Positions 1 to 14,200 of a DNA stretch of 64,000 nucleotides are shown piece by piece. Every line of letters begins with the position of its first letter. The first letter of the stretch is position 1. Position numbers and translations under genes: made by a program. The DNA is from Antedon mediterranea (Eukaryota; Animalia; Echinodermata): assembly GCF_964355755.1 (NCBI RefSeq), contig NC_092679.1, forward strand, positions 13,933,432 through 13,997,431, given 5' to 3'. The notes below the pieces were generated by a model, which had not been told where the DNA came from, ran no database searches, and saw only the letters and a program-made list of their open reading frames with translations.

Positions 1-2454
1 TCTTTAGAAAGAGTGTAAGTGCAAAGGAAAGGCTAGCAATATGTCTTAGGTAAGTATATAATTCTTAAATATAATAAATTAATTGAGCACTAATCATAAT
101 TAGTTAGTACTACAGGCCCCTAGCTAGAGCAGGCCTCTCTAGCGTCTAGGGTACAGTAGTACCTACTTTAGTAACAGCCTAGGCCTAGTAGTAGCAGTAG
201 GCCTAATAGTAGTACTACTACTACAAGACTAGGGTGAGTTACTGTACAACTAATTATTATAGACCTAGGCCTAGACTACTACTGATCAGTAACCCCACAT
301 TTTCGGCATTAATATTGCTGTGAGATTATTTTGTTATTTTTTTTAAAAAATGAAATAAAAGTTAAGTAATAAATACTCAAACAAAGGAGACTCAACACTG
401 GTTAATTCAAAATTAAAAAACGGTTATTTTAATTGCCTTCTTTGAAGTATTGCCAGCTAAATTAAAATATTTAAAATACTGCAATTTTAAAGATATTGTG
501 TCATCCCGGAAAAATACAAGTTAATTTATTTTTCTCGTCAATGTTGTTAATGTACAAAAACAACATTTTTCAACAACCCGAAAGTGTTGTGGAACAATAA
601 TAATAATCAATTTATATACAATTATTTTTATAAAATAAAGTAAAATTTAACAATAAAATTCAAAACCTAAAACAAATACTCTATCTCAGCCTCATGAACC
701 AATTTGTGAATTTTAAATCGGATGTCAGCCCTGGCCCTTTCAGGCAGTTTTCTTAAAATTTCAGCCATTGACAAAAAAAAACAATGAATGTCATCCTTCT
801 TGTTTTCTTTCTGATCTTCCAGATACTTCAAAATTGATTTGTCAATGTCAACACTGTCACTGTCATCTGGTAACTTTCTTTTTTTTGGTGTGGGTTTTTG
901 TGTTGATGTGTGTGGCAAGTCTGGAATGTCCTCATCACTAATAATAATATTGCTTTTACTTAATTGTTCACTCGGACTATTGAGGTTACTTGAAGTCCTG
1001 AAATGAAAAACAATTGTTAATGGTCTACAGACTTATATTACCTTTGATGTGATATATACATTTGAACCACAGGCAAAATGTTCATTTGTTTAGTAAATAT
1101 ATTATGTTGTTTACTATTTATACAGAATTGAATTAATTATTATTATTAGATTTTACTTACTCTCTGTGTTGGATAAATGGTTTTAAAAAGGACAAGATGT
1201 CTTCGAATTTGTACTTTTTTATGTACTTTTTGGCATCTCCACTTTTAGATGCAGCTTTTCGTTTACTGCTGCTGTAAGCATCCCTGATGTTGGCCCATTT
1301 CTTGCGTGCCAAGTCTCCTTTAAATATAAAAAAAAGTGTAGTTTTAAAATAAACATTGAAAATATAAATATCATGTAAACAGCTACTGTAGTACAACTAA
1401 TTAATAGTTACAATAAACATTATTTATCTTTTTTTTTTTGTGTTGAAACGTTATACAAATCAACTGTCAACACATTGCATACTGCACATTACATTTTAAA
1501 GTCAAGTAATAAATTAAAACCATTTATCTTTTTTTTTACAGATACTTGGCTACTGGAGACTCGTACAAAACTATTTCTTTTAGTTACAGAGTCGGAAAAT
1601 CAACCATTGTCAACATTGTGCCTGAGGTGTGTGATGCTATTTGGCAATGCATGCACCCTCAATATATGCCTGTTCCAACAGAAAATGAATGGAAAGAAGT
1701 AGCAGCTGCATTCGAAACAAGGTGGCAGTTCCCAAACTGTGTTGGGGCAATAGATGGGAAACATGTTGTTATTCAAGCCCCACCAAATACAGGATCAACC
1801 TTCTTCAATTACAAAGGTACTTTTTCTGTAGTACTGATGGCTCTGGTAGATGCCATGTACCGTTTCATACTGATTGATGTTGGAGCATATGGTTCCCAAA
1901 GTGACGCTGGAATATTTGCAAAAAGTGCAATGGGCAAAGCGATACAAGCCCATCAATTGGCTTTTCCAGCTGATAAAGCATTGCCAAATGCACCAGAGCT
2001 TGGTAAAGTTCCCTATGTCATTGTTGGGGATGAGGCATTTCCACTGAAATCAAATATTATGAGACCTTATCCTGGCAGTGAACTTGATGACAGCAAACGA
2101 ATATACAACTACAGACTTTCTAGAGCCCGGAGGATAGTGGAAAATGCATTTGGCATTTTGGCAGCAAGGTGGCGTGTCTACCAAAGGCGGATGCAATTAC
2201 AGCAACACAATGTGGACAAAATAATAAAGGCTACATGTGTACTGCACAATTTTTTACAGAAGACGGGTGATATCAATGCACAAGTAGATGCTCAAAGGTC
2301 TGCACATCATAAAGTCATACAGAACCTGCGTTTAACAGGAAATCATGCCTCAAATGACGCAATAGCAGTCAGGCACACATTCAAAGAGTACTTTATGTCA
2401 CCAGCGGGTGAAGTGCCATGGCAAAGGGATGCTTGTTTTGGCAAAGCAGTTTAA
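1..2454 (+). CDS. Harbinger/HARBI1-like DDE transposase, 5'-partial; exons <1..49 and 1542..2454
   Basis: GTAAGT donor at 50 and TTTTACAG acceptor ending at 1541 join FRKSVSAKERLAICLR to YLATGDSY. Catalytic motifs GAIDGKH, VGDEAFPL, IVENAFGILA and C-terminal CVLHNF are present. No stops; AATAAA at 2468. Confidence 0.92.
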
Positions 2455-3422
2455 TTATTCATAATGAAATAAAAGTAGATAAAATGAGAAACATTCAATA
2501 TTATTAATTAATAATGTTATAATAATGCCTAACAAAAAATGGTTTGTTTGCTGTAACATTGTGGGACGGTTGTAAAAAAGTTTTTTGTCATTAAATATGT
2601 TATGTTTAAAATAATTTCATATCATAGTAATATATTTTAGTTTTAAATTACATTTCAGAGTTGGGAAAAAACATCATTTTATTATTTTAATATATTTTAA
2701 ATAATGATATGGCTTTGGTAAACTTGAATATATTTGTTAATGTTGTTGTTGAATAAAATCTATTGTGAAGGTTATTATGCAATATTACTATAGTACTAGC
2801 CTAGGCCTAGTATTGATATTCTATTAATTATTCGAGAGTAATAATATATTTGTTAATGTTGTAAATTTAATAAAATCTATTGTGAAGATTATTATGCAAT
2901 ATTACTATAGTACTAGGCCTAGCCTAGGCCTAGTAGTATTGATATTCTATTAATTATTCGAGAGGATTATAATATATTTGTTAATGTTGTAAATTTAATA
3001 AAAATCTATTGTGAAGATTATTATGCAATATTACTACTAGTATTTTTATTATTTTTCATTTCATAAACCATATTCTGTGGCCTACGCTAGTTAGGCCAAG
3101 TTGGTCCACCAAATGATAATTGGTTCACTGCCCGCCGTAGTCGTACACGTGCGCGCGTGCTGACTGACATCTGCAGACTACTGTCTACTCTACATCACTA
3201 GGCTAGACCTAGAAGAAATTACAGACGCGCGCCTAGCCTGGAATAATAGCTGTTAGTTAATCACTTACCAGTCATTCCAACCCTCTCGCCAATCTTGTTC
3301 CATATATCATTTTTTTTAATTTTGTTTTTGTATTCGGCGTGTCCCTTGTCATACAGAACTGTGTTTAGTTGAACGTTCAAAATCAGTGTTTCCAAAACAA
3401 CGTCTGATGTTGTGTCAGCCAT
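667..3422 (-). CDS. MADF (Myb/SANT-like) plus BESS DNA-binding protein, Harbinger ORF2, 213 aa; exons 3422..3269, 1317..1161, 997..667
   Basis: Both introns are GTAAGT..AG and phases match (154+157+331=642 nt). MADF: LYDKGHAEYKNKIKKNDIWNKIG...KKWANIRDAY. BESS-like C-terminus: DDIHCFFLSMAEILRKLPERARADIRFKIHKLV. Confidence 0.88.
2727..3040. repeat. About 2.6 copies of a ~120-bp AT-rich tandem repeat inside the Harbinger element
   Basis: AATATATTTGTTAATGTTG...AAAATCTATTGTGAAG.TTATTATGCAATATTACTA recurs near 2727, 2843 and 2971. Confidence 0.8.
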
Positions 3423-3479
3423 CGCGCCACAGAGGAGGAGAGGAGAGGAGGAGTGGAGAAATTCACTGTTGATGACAGG

Positions 3480-3506
3480 TATGACGTACCATCATCTGAT
3501 TGGCTA
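3480..3506 (-). promoter_or_regulatory. Possible CCAAT box and CRE-like site upstream of the MADF gene
   Basis: TAGCCAATCAGA on the minus strand about 80 bp upstream of the ATG at 3422; TGACGT at 3482. Confidence 0.35.
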
Positions 3507-4559
3507 AAAACAAAATTATCGGGCGATACAAAAAAAAAATCGCTATAGAAGCCATTCGACCGATTTGGCTCCCGATGACCGTCTCGATTATCGCTCTAGT
3601 GTGACCGCCCCCGCTGTTATGCACTATACCGATATTTTTGTATCGATATCGGTCTAAAATATCGGTAAGGTGTGACCGGGCCTTTACGTAAGGGCAAAAT
3701 TCGGTAAATCGCGCGTTATTTCTAGAATGTTTACTCGATGGTATAAAGTTGGTTCGTACTTTCGGTACTGATTTTAACCACCTGATGTAACCCTGTTTAC
3801 TAATTAAATTGAGTTAGATAATTAGTTATTGACGATTAAAACGAATTTAGGTTCAACGATTTGCCCCAAATAGGGGTGTTTTCCGATCGTGGTATACACT
3901 GTCCAATGCATGTCTATCTTGAGAAATACCCGCATACAATAATACGAGGATGCTTTGCATTTTCCTATCTCCTCCTACGACAATTGTTTTTAATGGCTGA
4001 AAACTGGTTGAACAGCTCGAGTACAGAATCATAATGTTGAAGCAATATACAAAAACTGTACTACTGACAGTTGCTTCTCAACGTTTGTATTAATTAATAA
4101 TTACAAAGAATATAAACGTTGTAGTGGTACGTGTATCGTTACATGTACTATGCTATTTCAATCGACTATGACAGTAACAGTTTTAACAAAGTATTAAATC
4201 GCAAATGTGTTACTGTATCAAGTGGTATATTATTTATAGGTCTATCAAAGATGAAAAACATATTTCGTTACTGAGTAGATAAAGAATATATTTAAAAAAT
4301 TGTTCTTCTTTGTACCCATATCCTCTTTCCCATCCCTCAACCCTAATGTTACACACAAAACACAAATTGGGTTTGTTTAAATGAGTCCAAATAACAAATT
4401 TGGACTCATTTTGTGAGAAGTTTCTCTTTCGGAAGTAATTCCCAGTGTGCTAATTTTAGTTTAATACATAAATCATCGTGTCTATTTATTCGTTTCTGTA
4501 AACCACAATAGCTGTTATAGTCCTGCAGTACGTACATTAAAAAAAAGCATTTTTTTTAC

Positions 4560-4638
4560 GCTGAAATTACTGTGTATTCGAGAACCATCTATGGGCACGA
4601 CCTAGATGGTACGCGAGCGAAGCGAGCGTACCATCTAG
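4560..4638 (+). mobile_element. Helitron-type 3' end (hairpin plus CTAG); 5' boundary not located
   Basis: CTAGATGGTACGCGAGCGAAGCGAGCGTACCATCTAG followed by T. The GCGAGCGAAGCGAGC core is shared with the Helitrons at 26330, 36494 and 53167; a truncated copy lies near 30691. Confidence 0.55.
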
Positions 4639-5123
4639 TTGTTCAAATTCATTAAACATCCTCAGTGCGGCACGGCGGAATAGTTCCCATACCAAATAAC
4701 ATAATTTATATTGTATATAATAATTGTACAACATTTTTGTACTTCTTATTTGTACTTCTTATTTGTACATTTATTGATATTCTTGTTCACGATAAATTTT
4801 TAATTTCAACTGTGATTATGGATATTCTACATTTTTATATTAACAATACCGCCATAACATTAATTTTTACTTTCCACTCTAGAATAATTTATCAAATGTA
4901 TATACTGTCGAAAATGTTATTCAACTTAAGCCAACTTAAAATATAATAAGATCCAAACTTTTCACAAAAAAAAAAACATTTTTATAATTCACTATATTCA
5001 TCAATATCTAAAAAATAGCCAAAGTTATAACAAACGCGACACTTACATATTAACAAATATTCTCTATTTCTGTTTAAATAGAATAGCGTATTTATATCTA
5101 TATATACGATAATGTTACTGAAG

Positions 5124-5242
5124 CTAAATAATAATATTGTTTTCTTCAATCTGCGATTCGTCCGGGTCATCATCGATTTGGAGAAGCAGTACACCTCTTT
5201 CTTGGTGACAGCAGTCTGTTTTGAGTTTCTTTAAAAAATCAA
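5124..5242 (-). CDS. Exon 19: short acidic cytoplasmic tail and stop
   Basis: VDFLKKLKTDCCHQERGVLLLQIDDDPDESQIEENNIII*; CTTAG acceptor, phase 1. Confidence 0.7.
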
Positions 5243-8200
5243 CTAAGAATGAGAAAAACAGATTTAAATTTAATTAAAAGTACACACAACTTAATTTGTT
5301 ATAAAGCTGTTGACCAAATATAGTTTAATGTGCCAATATTTACACAGTTAGGATTTAAACATTATACGATAGATATCTTACCTGTTACCACCAGCATGAT
5401 AGACACGTTCAGCATAATTAGGATAACGGGAGTTATCTTGTGAAGTAAACCAATGACGTCATCTTCATTGAAACTCTGATCCAAGTTTACGATCGCCCCA
5501 ATGGATAGATTGACAACGATAAAGACAAGAGTCAACAATTGGAATCTCTGCTCTGACTTCTCTTTCATTGGTTCAAGGTACAAATGCAATACAATAAATA
5601 TGACAGTAAAAAATAGAGAGTAAGACAAACTTGAGGACACGTCATCTTTCAAGTTTGCAATGAGTGCCAACAGAGCCTTGTTGTACAGCTCAAATGATTC
5701 CCAAAACCAAAATGTGTGCTTGTATTGTCCACAAAAGAACCTTACTCCATTCATCCACCCTTTCCTCTGATTTTCTTCATGTTGATCAAAACGTACATTT
5801 TTATAGTATAGCATAAGAACTATGACCAATGGAAAACCAATGATGTATATTAAAGCAACGTAAACAAGTGTTTTGTTAGTTTGATACGTAGATCCACCAT
5901 TTTGGTCCATATCAATGGAGTAGTCTGACGTTAGTACTGTTTTATTTATTTTTCCATCGTCGTCTGCTGTGACGTTAAATACACGAATTGACCATGGCCC
6001 CACTGCTAATATATCAGCACATGTATTTGCATACGTAAGGTAAAGGAGCAACATGGATATAACAATACATCTATCACGTATGCAACTCTCAGTTACTGCT
6101 CCATGACACTTATTCCAGATGTAGCAAATGAAGTAAATGGTAGACATAGTCAACAGTATGACTAGTGGTGTAGCCATAGCAATATGAAGGGAGGAATACG
6201 CATTCCAAGAGTCGTGTAAACATCTTGGACTTAACATACTAATATATCTTATGACGTCAAAATATTGAAGTATTTGGCCAGCATACTCAAAGTTTTTAGG
6301 CCAATGAATTTCGGTTACTTCTGATAGTATACCTAAGACTTGATAAAAATTAATAGAAATTTTTAAATAGGTAACAAATGAATCTAGGCTGGTTTGTCTT
6401 CGATCCACATTTCTTTCCTGCATTCTCCATAAAAGTAAAATCATTCCAATTATTGCAAAGGCAACACTAACAAATATAATTACAGTTACAGCAGCCCCTT
6501 GACATTTGTGACATTCGTTAAACAGCTCATAATGTCCATTAGAACATGCTGCACAAAGCCAACCTGTGTACCCTTCGACACAAGTGTCATTAAATTTTAG
6601 TCCAATATTACAACTTTTTTCGCCTAGTGGACAAGCATACACTTTTGGTAACGGACCTTTGTATACAGCATCTTTCAGTTGATTTGGGTTGGTAATAGGA
6701 AACAGGTCGTTTTTTAATTTAGTTACAAATGTTGTGTAAGCCAATAAACAATTGTTTTTATTTTGTTCTTCGCCTACTCTACAGTCACCATTAAAGTCCC
6801 ACGACCACCAGTAACCTTTTGTTAGATTCTGATATCCTCCTTCACAGTTAATACCCTCTGAGCAGGGCATGCATGGCCCAAATCGATCAGTTCGATGGAA
6901 ATTGTCAAGGCAATAACATGCATTTAGATTGGAAATATTATTGGTTTTAGTTCCTGATGGACAAGTCTGACAACCGGCAATGGACGCTGCTCCTGCATTA
7001 TTTGAAAAACTTCCAAGAGGACATCGTTGACAGGATTCTTTGTAACCACCCTTTTCATTTACTCCTCGTTTATCTTGATAGAAACCACCTGTAACATTTA
7101 TTTTTTATTTTTAAGTACCTGTCGTTGTTTTATTGTTATTATATACTTTTACTGTCATAACTAAATTAGAGAGATTATTATATTTTATAAATATTGCATC
7201 ATACCTGGTGGGCATTTTGCACATTCGGTGCTATCATACAAACGGTATGTCCCTTCCTTACACGGACTGCATTTACTCGTCGTCGAATTACATGTCAAAC
7301 CTATTTCTCTACCGATAATTCTTAACAGCTCCCCATCAATTCCTTTTATTTCGATTTCTGTACCTTCTTTAACACAAACACTAGCAAAAACAATTAGTTT
7401 GTAATTATATTGATTCAATTATATCTATTCTGTGTATAGTACTATACATATATTACCTACTTAGAGGTGAAATATCAGATTTGACATCCACGAGGGAATG
7501 ATTCATTTTATTGTTTGTTAGGCAGGATAGTCAGATGCTCACATCACTATGACACTTGTGAATAAATAGTTAGCTTGTCTTGACAAGTTAGTGAAACAGT
7601 GTTGTGATGTGAGATTCCGTTTTTCGGACTTTTTCTGTTGTCTTTGTCAATTTATTCGGTTTTTAGGCTATTTAGTGATTTATTTTACATCAACATTTTT
7701 TCATTTTCACACTTGTGTTAAACAGCGTATAGAGACTATCTGTATTTTGCGCTATATAAATTTCAAACCATAAAACCATAAACCATATTTTTCTCGAAGG
7801 ACTATCTATTTCACGAAGCGAAGAATACCATTCTTTTTCAAATTTTATATTTCACCGAAATAAAAGGTGATATTTGTTATATTATATAGCCAGATATCAG
7901 TTTCCCCTTACCTTGTACATATTAGAAAGGTAACTAAAAAATATAGATAAAATCAATTCATCAAATCTTTTATTTTAAGTGTATTTACATGTTAATTAAT
8001 TTCCCGATGTTTGAAGGAATCGATTTCAGTCCACAGCAGTTGAGATATCTAAATAAAAATAACACGATTAATGCATATGTTGTAACAAAGCATAGTACCA
8101 CATTGTTAACACATTGTAATGGTGAATGATGCTGATGAGAATGATGCGACGATCATTGGTGATAAAAAGATTGATAAATATACCGAGGATGATGATGACG

Positions 8201-11200
8201 GTTCAATCGTGGTGATATTGAAATTATCATTATCTTTTGTAAATTGTTTTTACTTATAAACTAAAAACAATAATATACTAATGTACATACACTGTTCCCT
8301 TTTCTATCATATGTGATAGAGCATTTTCCTCGATCTGCATTATTGGATTGTCAAATAGATATCTGGGGGAAAATATGAACTTTTTTTGTTATTTTAATAC
8401 CGTACTTAATTTGAATAATTAAACTGTGATTAAAATGTAATAGAAAAAAGTTTAACTTTAAAGTACCTATCATCGAGTATTTCTTTTAAAAGAAAAGTTT
8501 TAAAAGAAAAGTATTTTAAAAAAAAATCTCACATGTATTCCAGTGTTGTGTTTTGGGTTTCCAATGTTTTATACGTAATGTTGGAAATTTTATTACCATA
8601 GAGGAATCTGCAGGTTAGAAAAACAATTATGTTGATATAAATTAAGACATTATCAATGCAATTAGTATTTAATTGTTTGTCTTTGTATTGTTAGTAAAAA
8701 AATGATTTACTTGTTTAGTGCATGTGTGTAGTAGGCATACTGTACAATTGCATACACCATGGATAGATGGATATGTATCGACGGTGACATCAAACGCGCT
8801 TGCCTATACTAAAGCACTGCTGCAAACAGGCTCCTTGAACTCCATGTCTCTAATCGCGGCCCTCTATAGAACGCTGCGAATCAACTTTTGACAACAAAAC
8901 TTACCCATGTAGAAATCGTATGCGCAGTCTGATTGTTATTATTGGCATATCTGCGTCGAGGATTAATTTACAACAAGATGTTGGTATGTTTGAATTTATT
9001 AAAGAGTGGAAAATAAACGAAACGAAACGAACATCCATGCATACACATATAGTATTCCACACAAACATTATAGTGACAACAATGTTGGAGCATACAATGA
9101 TAGATTCATGCAAACAAAATACTATTTAAAAAATAATTCACAAGCTAAAGGTGTAGGCCCGTATGTAATAACAATTTAACACGATAGCGTAAGCCTATTT
9201 CAGTTACAGTTGGACAACGGAGAGCAAACGTAACATATGTTAGGTAATACATAACATTTGCTTACAGAAAATAAAGATTAGTTTCATTGAACGCTCCATC
9301 TTCTATAAATGTAATGTTGTTGTGTACAAGAAATCTGAAAAATATAACAATTATATTTTAGGTAGATTTCAGAGCTACACTAGCGGTACAGTGAACATAG
9401 TTTTAACATTTATACTTTTTAAATTTAAATTGTTTGAAACAAATGTAAATATGGGGAAATAACCTGCGACAAGTGAACGGAAGATGAACTTGATTCTTTA
9501 CAGCTCACACGAGTCAGATGTGTACACTGAACCACCAGTTTCAAGTCCTTTTCCGAGAATACTTTTCTACAACCAGAACAATAATCGAGGATTGCCTTGA
9601 ACCTTTACCGATTGTATAGTTATTGTTCCGGAGCACCCGCCTTTACCGCTTTACCGAAAACGACCAAATAGTATACGAAATATCTGTATTCAAAACTTAA
9701 CTCTAACATATTACACGCAGAATTAGAATATTCTGTTGACTAGAACTTGTGCCTAATTATGTTATAATAAGTATATTGGCTTGCTTTTCATGATCTGTCA
9801 CGACACTAGTCTACCATTATCTTTCAATCTGGAACCAGCAACAGACTTCTCAGAATTTTGATTAGTTTTCATAACTTCTCGTTGGCCATATTTTTACCAT
9901 AAGATGATCTTTTCTCAGAAACCGTCTGTTCTACATAGATCCAATATTAACGCCTGAGTGAGCGTTACATGCCCCTTTTTAGTTTCTTATACTTAATTAC
10001 ACAGATGAGGTTAGCAGTTTCCACTTTGTATAGAGTGTATTCTTCCTCTTGATCTTCTAGTTGTGTTTACTTTGATACACATATCGATAGTTGGTTCTTG
10101 ATAGTTTCTGTGGGATACACTTATTCACAGAAGAAAACTCTTTAAAGTAAATAGTTTTCTTCACGAAAACTATAATAGCAGATGAGAGATACGAGATAGA
10201 CTCTGTCCCATCATGATGATTGGGGATAAGTACTACTTTTCCGAGCATTGCACTTTTGTGCTAAGAATCTCATTATTTACTTTGGTGTATATTACCAAAT
10301 CACTGGCCAATGTATAATTTTAACTATTGTATGATAGAAAAATAAAATACACAACCATGGTAAGGCTAAAGTGAAATGTGAATGCTGTCTATTTTTGTTT
10401 GGTTTGTTTTGCTTCTGAATATACGAGTGTTAAAAAGTCACTATCCAATCGAGTTTGAACAACACCATGAATTTGTACAATGGTTAGGACATCTACATAT
10501 CAAGCAGAAGGTTCTCGGTTCAAATCTCGGTTATGGCGACTTTCTCATTCTCACAGATTTCCTCATCTTTATCTTTTCAAATTAATTAATTGAATTTCGG
10601 TATATCACCGGGTGGTTTAAAATACATGTTCTGTGAGGTTGTGCATAATGGTAAAATGTATTGCTGTAGTTGGAGCATACATTACATCTGCCAGTCACCA
10701 CTGCTTCATAGTTATTGTGGTAGAACGAGAATTATTTATGTTGACGCGAGAGCACCCGTATTGGCTTGACCAATACGGTAAGTGGCGGAGTATATCTGAA
10801 CGTGAAACCCTCAGTTATAGAAAAGTTTATTCACGTATTAAGAACTTTGAGATTGTACATGCACAGGTGTTTGTGTCTTTATTTCACAAGGTTTTTAACA
10901 ATTGTAAGTAGAAACAATAGTTTGTGGACTCATTGTGTAAGTTTAATTCAAAAATTTGTGTTACAAAATGGCCTTCCCGACATGTAGAATAGGTCTTGTT
11001 GGACACTCGTTTGTACGCCGGTTGGTGGAATGCTATACCAGCGAACGCAAATTCTTTGCCTTACGCCTAGATGCAAGTTTGTACGATGTCAAGTATTATT
11101 CACGCGGAGGTGCAACGACATACATATTCCCTGATCTGCTTAAGGGATAGTCTACGCTGAAAGATATCGTTTACGTTCATCTAGGAGAGAATGACATTGT

Positions 11201-14200
11201 GAAACGATCTAATAATTTTATTGTGAACAAACTCGATAATTTAATTGACTTTCTTGATTTTGGACTGGAGTGTAAACATACTGTGGTTAGCCAGCTGTTA
11301 ATGCGGCACCCCAGTCGGGTAAGCTCTAACTTCAACGACTCTGCTGTGGACATTAACCGTCGACTTCAGGCGAATTATGCCGATTATGCATGTGTAACAT
11401 ATTGGCGTCACAGAGGCCTGTGGAACGACTGGTCCTATATTCACTCCGATCCGATGGCGTACATCTTAACAGAAGTTCTTCAAATGGCCGATCGTCATGT
11501 ATCGGTACGAACGTCGCGTCCGACAAGCTATTCTACACGAAGAAAAAAGTATAAGGCCAGTAGTTTTAATTTAAATGTACATACACATACAGTCGCGAAG
11601 GTATTGAAGGCGGGCGAGGCAACTGGCCCATGACACCAGGCGGCAGTCCTCTAACAACTCAAGCCGCTACCACATCCTTGACTGTGGATAATGCCACACA
11701 GGCTCAGCCATTGGACGCGTCTATAAACTATCTCTTTGAAGGTAAGCCGTCTCGGGACGACATAACAATGACTGACTCGATTGCTCTGGGCAGTAATGTG
11801 CCACTATAGGTTAAAAATAAAATATGGGCAAATGGATACATTGACCTCAAGACTCTGATCAATAACGATAATGATACTACTGGGGTCTTGTTATCAATTA
11901 TTGATAAACAACTCCGTGTTGAGACAGACAACAGTAAGAAAAACTTAATCACAATTACTGAAAATGGATGCGGGCAATTACAATATACATGTCCATATTT
12001 GTGGAAGAATCGCCTGCTCAATGTTTGCCTATGCTTAAATATGTCAGCAACATACTAGAATTACATGTTTTGGGGAAGCTGAACTGGCGGACCTATGACG
12101 AAAGCTTTCGCAAAGCACAACAGGGCAGGCTTTTAAATTGGGATGTGCTTCACCCAGAGCTTATGTTAAAACTGGCTTCATTGGGGAATGCATCTTCTTT
12201 CAGACCTAAGTCTCGTCCACAGGGGCAGCATAATTTTCGTGGCAAACAGATATGTTTTAAAATGCCGGGAAGCAATGCCACGACCCCACATGCCGCTTCT
12301 CACATCTGTGTACCGACTGCCGTCAACCACACCCCAGAATCCAATGCAATAAACCACGAACGACAAGTCGTCAAACCGGCACGCGAGCAAACCCATCTAC
12401 CCACGCCAGTGGTAATAAATGAGCTTTCATGGTATTTAGCAGGATAAATAAATAAATAAATAATAACAGGATTTTTATAGCGCACATACCACTCAAGAGT
12501 GCTCAAGGCGCATTCAAAAAATAAAACAAATCATACAAATGCCCCACAAATAAATGCAATTTCTGTGGAGGGTATACACAAGAATTGTTTAACGAATTAT
12601 TAGTCGGTTTCTCGTTTGGATTCCGTCTCCTCTGTTTAAAGCCCCCGGTTCCGGGCATCGCCCGCAACCATCCAAGTGCCCTCGATCACCCGATACAGAT
12701 AGAAGAATTTATTTCTAATGGTTTACGACTCGGTAGATTGGCTGGCCCTTTCGATTCCCCTCCGTTTGATAAATGTATCTCCTCGCCATTGGGTGTTGTT
12801 CCCAAAGCTGAATTAGGCAAATATTGCATTATTCAGGACCTTCTGTCAACTCAGGGATTCCACATGATGTTTCACATGTCTCCTACGACACAATCGACGA
12901 TGTAGTTAGACTAGTATTAAAAAAATGGACCTAGGGCATTATTGTCTAAGACTGATATAGAAGACGCCTTCATGAATATCCCTATTCACCCGGATGATTA
13001 CCATTTGCTGGGGTTTTCTTGGGACGGCAGGTTCTTTTATGACCGGTGTCTGCCTATGGGCGCCAGTCGCTCATGCAATATTTTCGAATCATTTAGTAAA
13101 GCGTTAGTACAGTATGGATACTGCGTAACAAATTTAATTTAAGGGATGTATCCCATATTCTGGATGATTTTTTCTTCGTCGGCCCTAAAGACTGCCACAA
13201 CTCACTGTCTCAATTTTGATATCTTTGCGACAAGATCGGGGTTCCTATAAAGGCGTCTAAGACTGTAACTCCGACTAATGTCATTACAATATACGGGATT
13301 GAGTTGGACACAGTCTTGGTGGAATGTCGCCTCCCGTTACCTAAGATTACAAAAACTGTAACAAAAATAAATGAATTTTTAAATAGAAAAAAAGTCACAC
13401 TGCGCGATATGCAATCAATGGTTGGCCTGCTTAATTACGCTTGTAGTGTGGTGGTGCCGGGTAGGGCGTTTTTACGCCGTATGATAAACCTCCTGTCATT
13501 AGCTAAACATCCATCTCATTTCATTCGCTTAACTCATGGAGTTAATGACGATTTGCGGATATGGCTAACATTCCTTGAATCTTTTAACGGGAAAGCCCCC
13601 TTATCCTTCCAGAAAAATGGCTAAATTCTTCGACACTGCGCTTATTCTCCGATGCAGCTGCGTCTATTGGTTGCGCCGCAGTATTTTGCGACAGGTGGTT
13701 TTAAATTGACTGGGTGGGGGGGAGGGGGTTGGGTCTGACTTTGTAGGTTTTTCGATCGCTGTTTTGGAGTTATTTCCAATTTTTATTGCCCTAGAAATAT
13801 GGAGGCATGAGCACGCTAATCACCGCATTTTGTTTCGTTGTGATAATTCAGCTGTTGTGGCTCAATAAGAAATCTGCTAAAGACAAAACGCTTATGCGTC
13901 TTATTCGGCGGTTAGTTCTAATATGCCTCCAGTATAACATACAATTCCGTACAATGCATATTCCTGGAGTAGATAACGTGTGGGCGGATCTTTTATCAAG
14001 GAAAAAATTTACAGAGGCTCTGGAATCCATTCCTTCTATTAGTCCAAATCCAATTCATGTTCCGTCCTACCACATTTATATTTAATTTATTCATATTTAC
14101 AGCTGTTGTGTGTTCCTGCAAACAACATGGTACCCCTTAGCTGTGAAGCTACAACACTCATTCACTCGTCATTGGCGCCAGCCACTATTAAGGCGTATCA

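Larger units (their letters stand above)
1..3683. mobile_element. PIF/Harbinger DNA transposon, probably autonomous; left end lies outside the window
   Basis: Contains a Harbinger DDE transposase (+) and a MADF-BESS gene (-). Right terminus ...GTGTGACCGGGCCT(T) followed by TA/TTA at about 3670-3686, with a subterminal GTGTGACCG copy near 3600. Confidence 0.88.

Noticed and set aside
5362-6870. Treating the 502-aa ORF as a complete gene or as an LGR/TLR
   Set aside because: The frame is open upstream to a splice acceptor at 7089, a donor lies at 5381, and rhodopsin and TIR motifs are absent.
8905-8950. Candidate extra exon YANNNNQTAHTISTW (minus strand, AG/GT bounded)
   Set aside because: At 46 bp it breaks the phase-2 chain; exon 14 joins exon 15 in frame without it.
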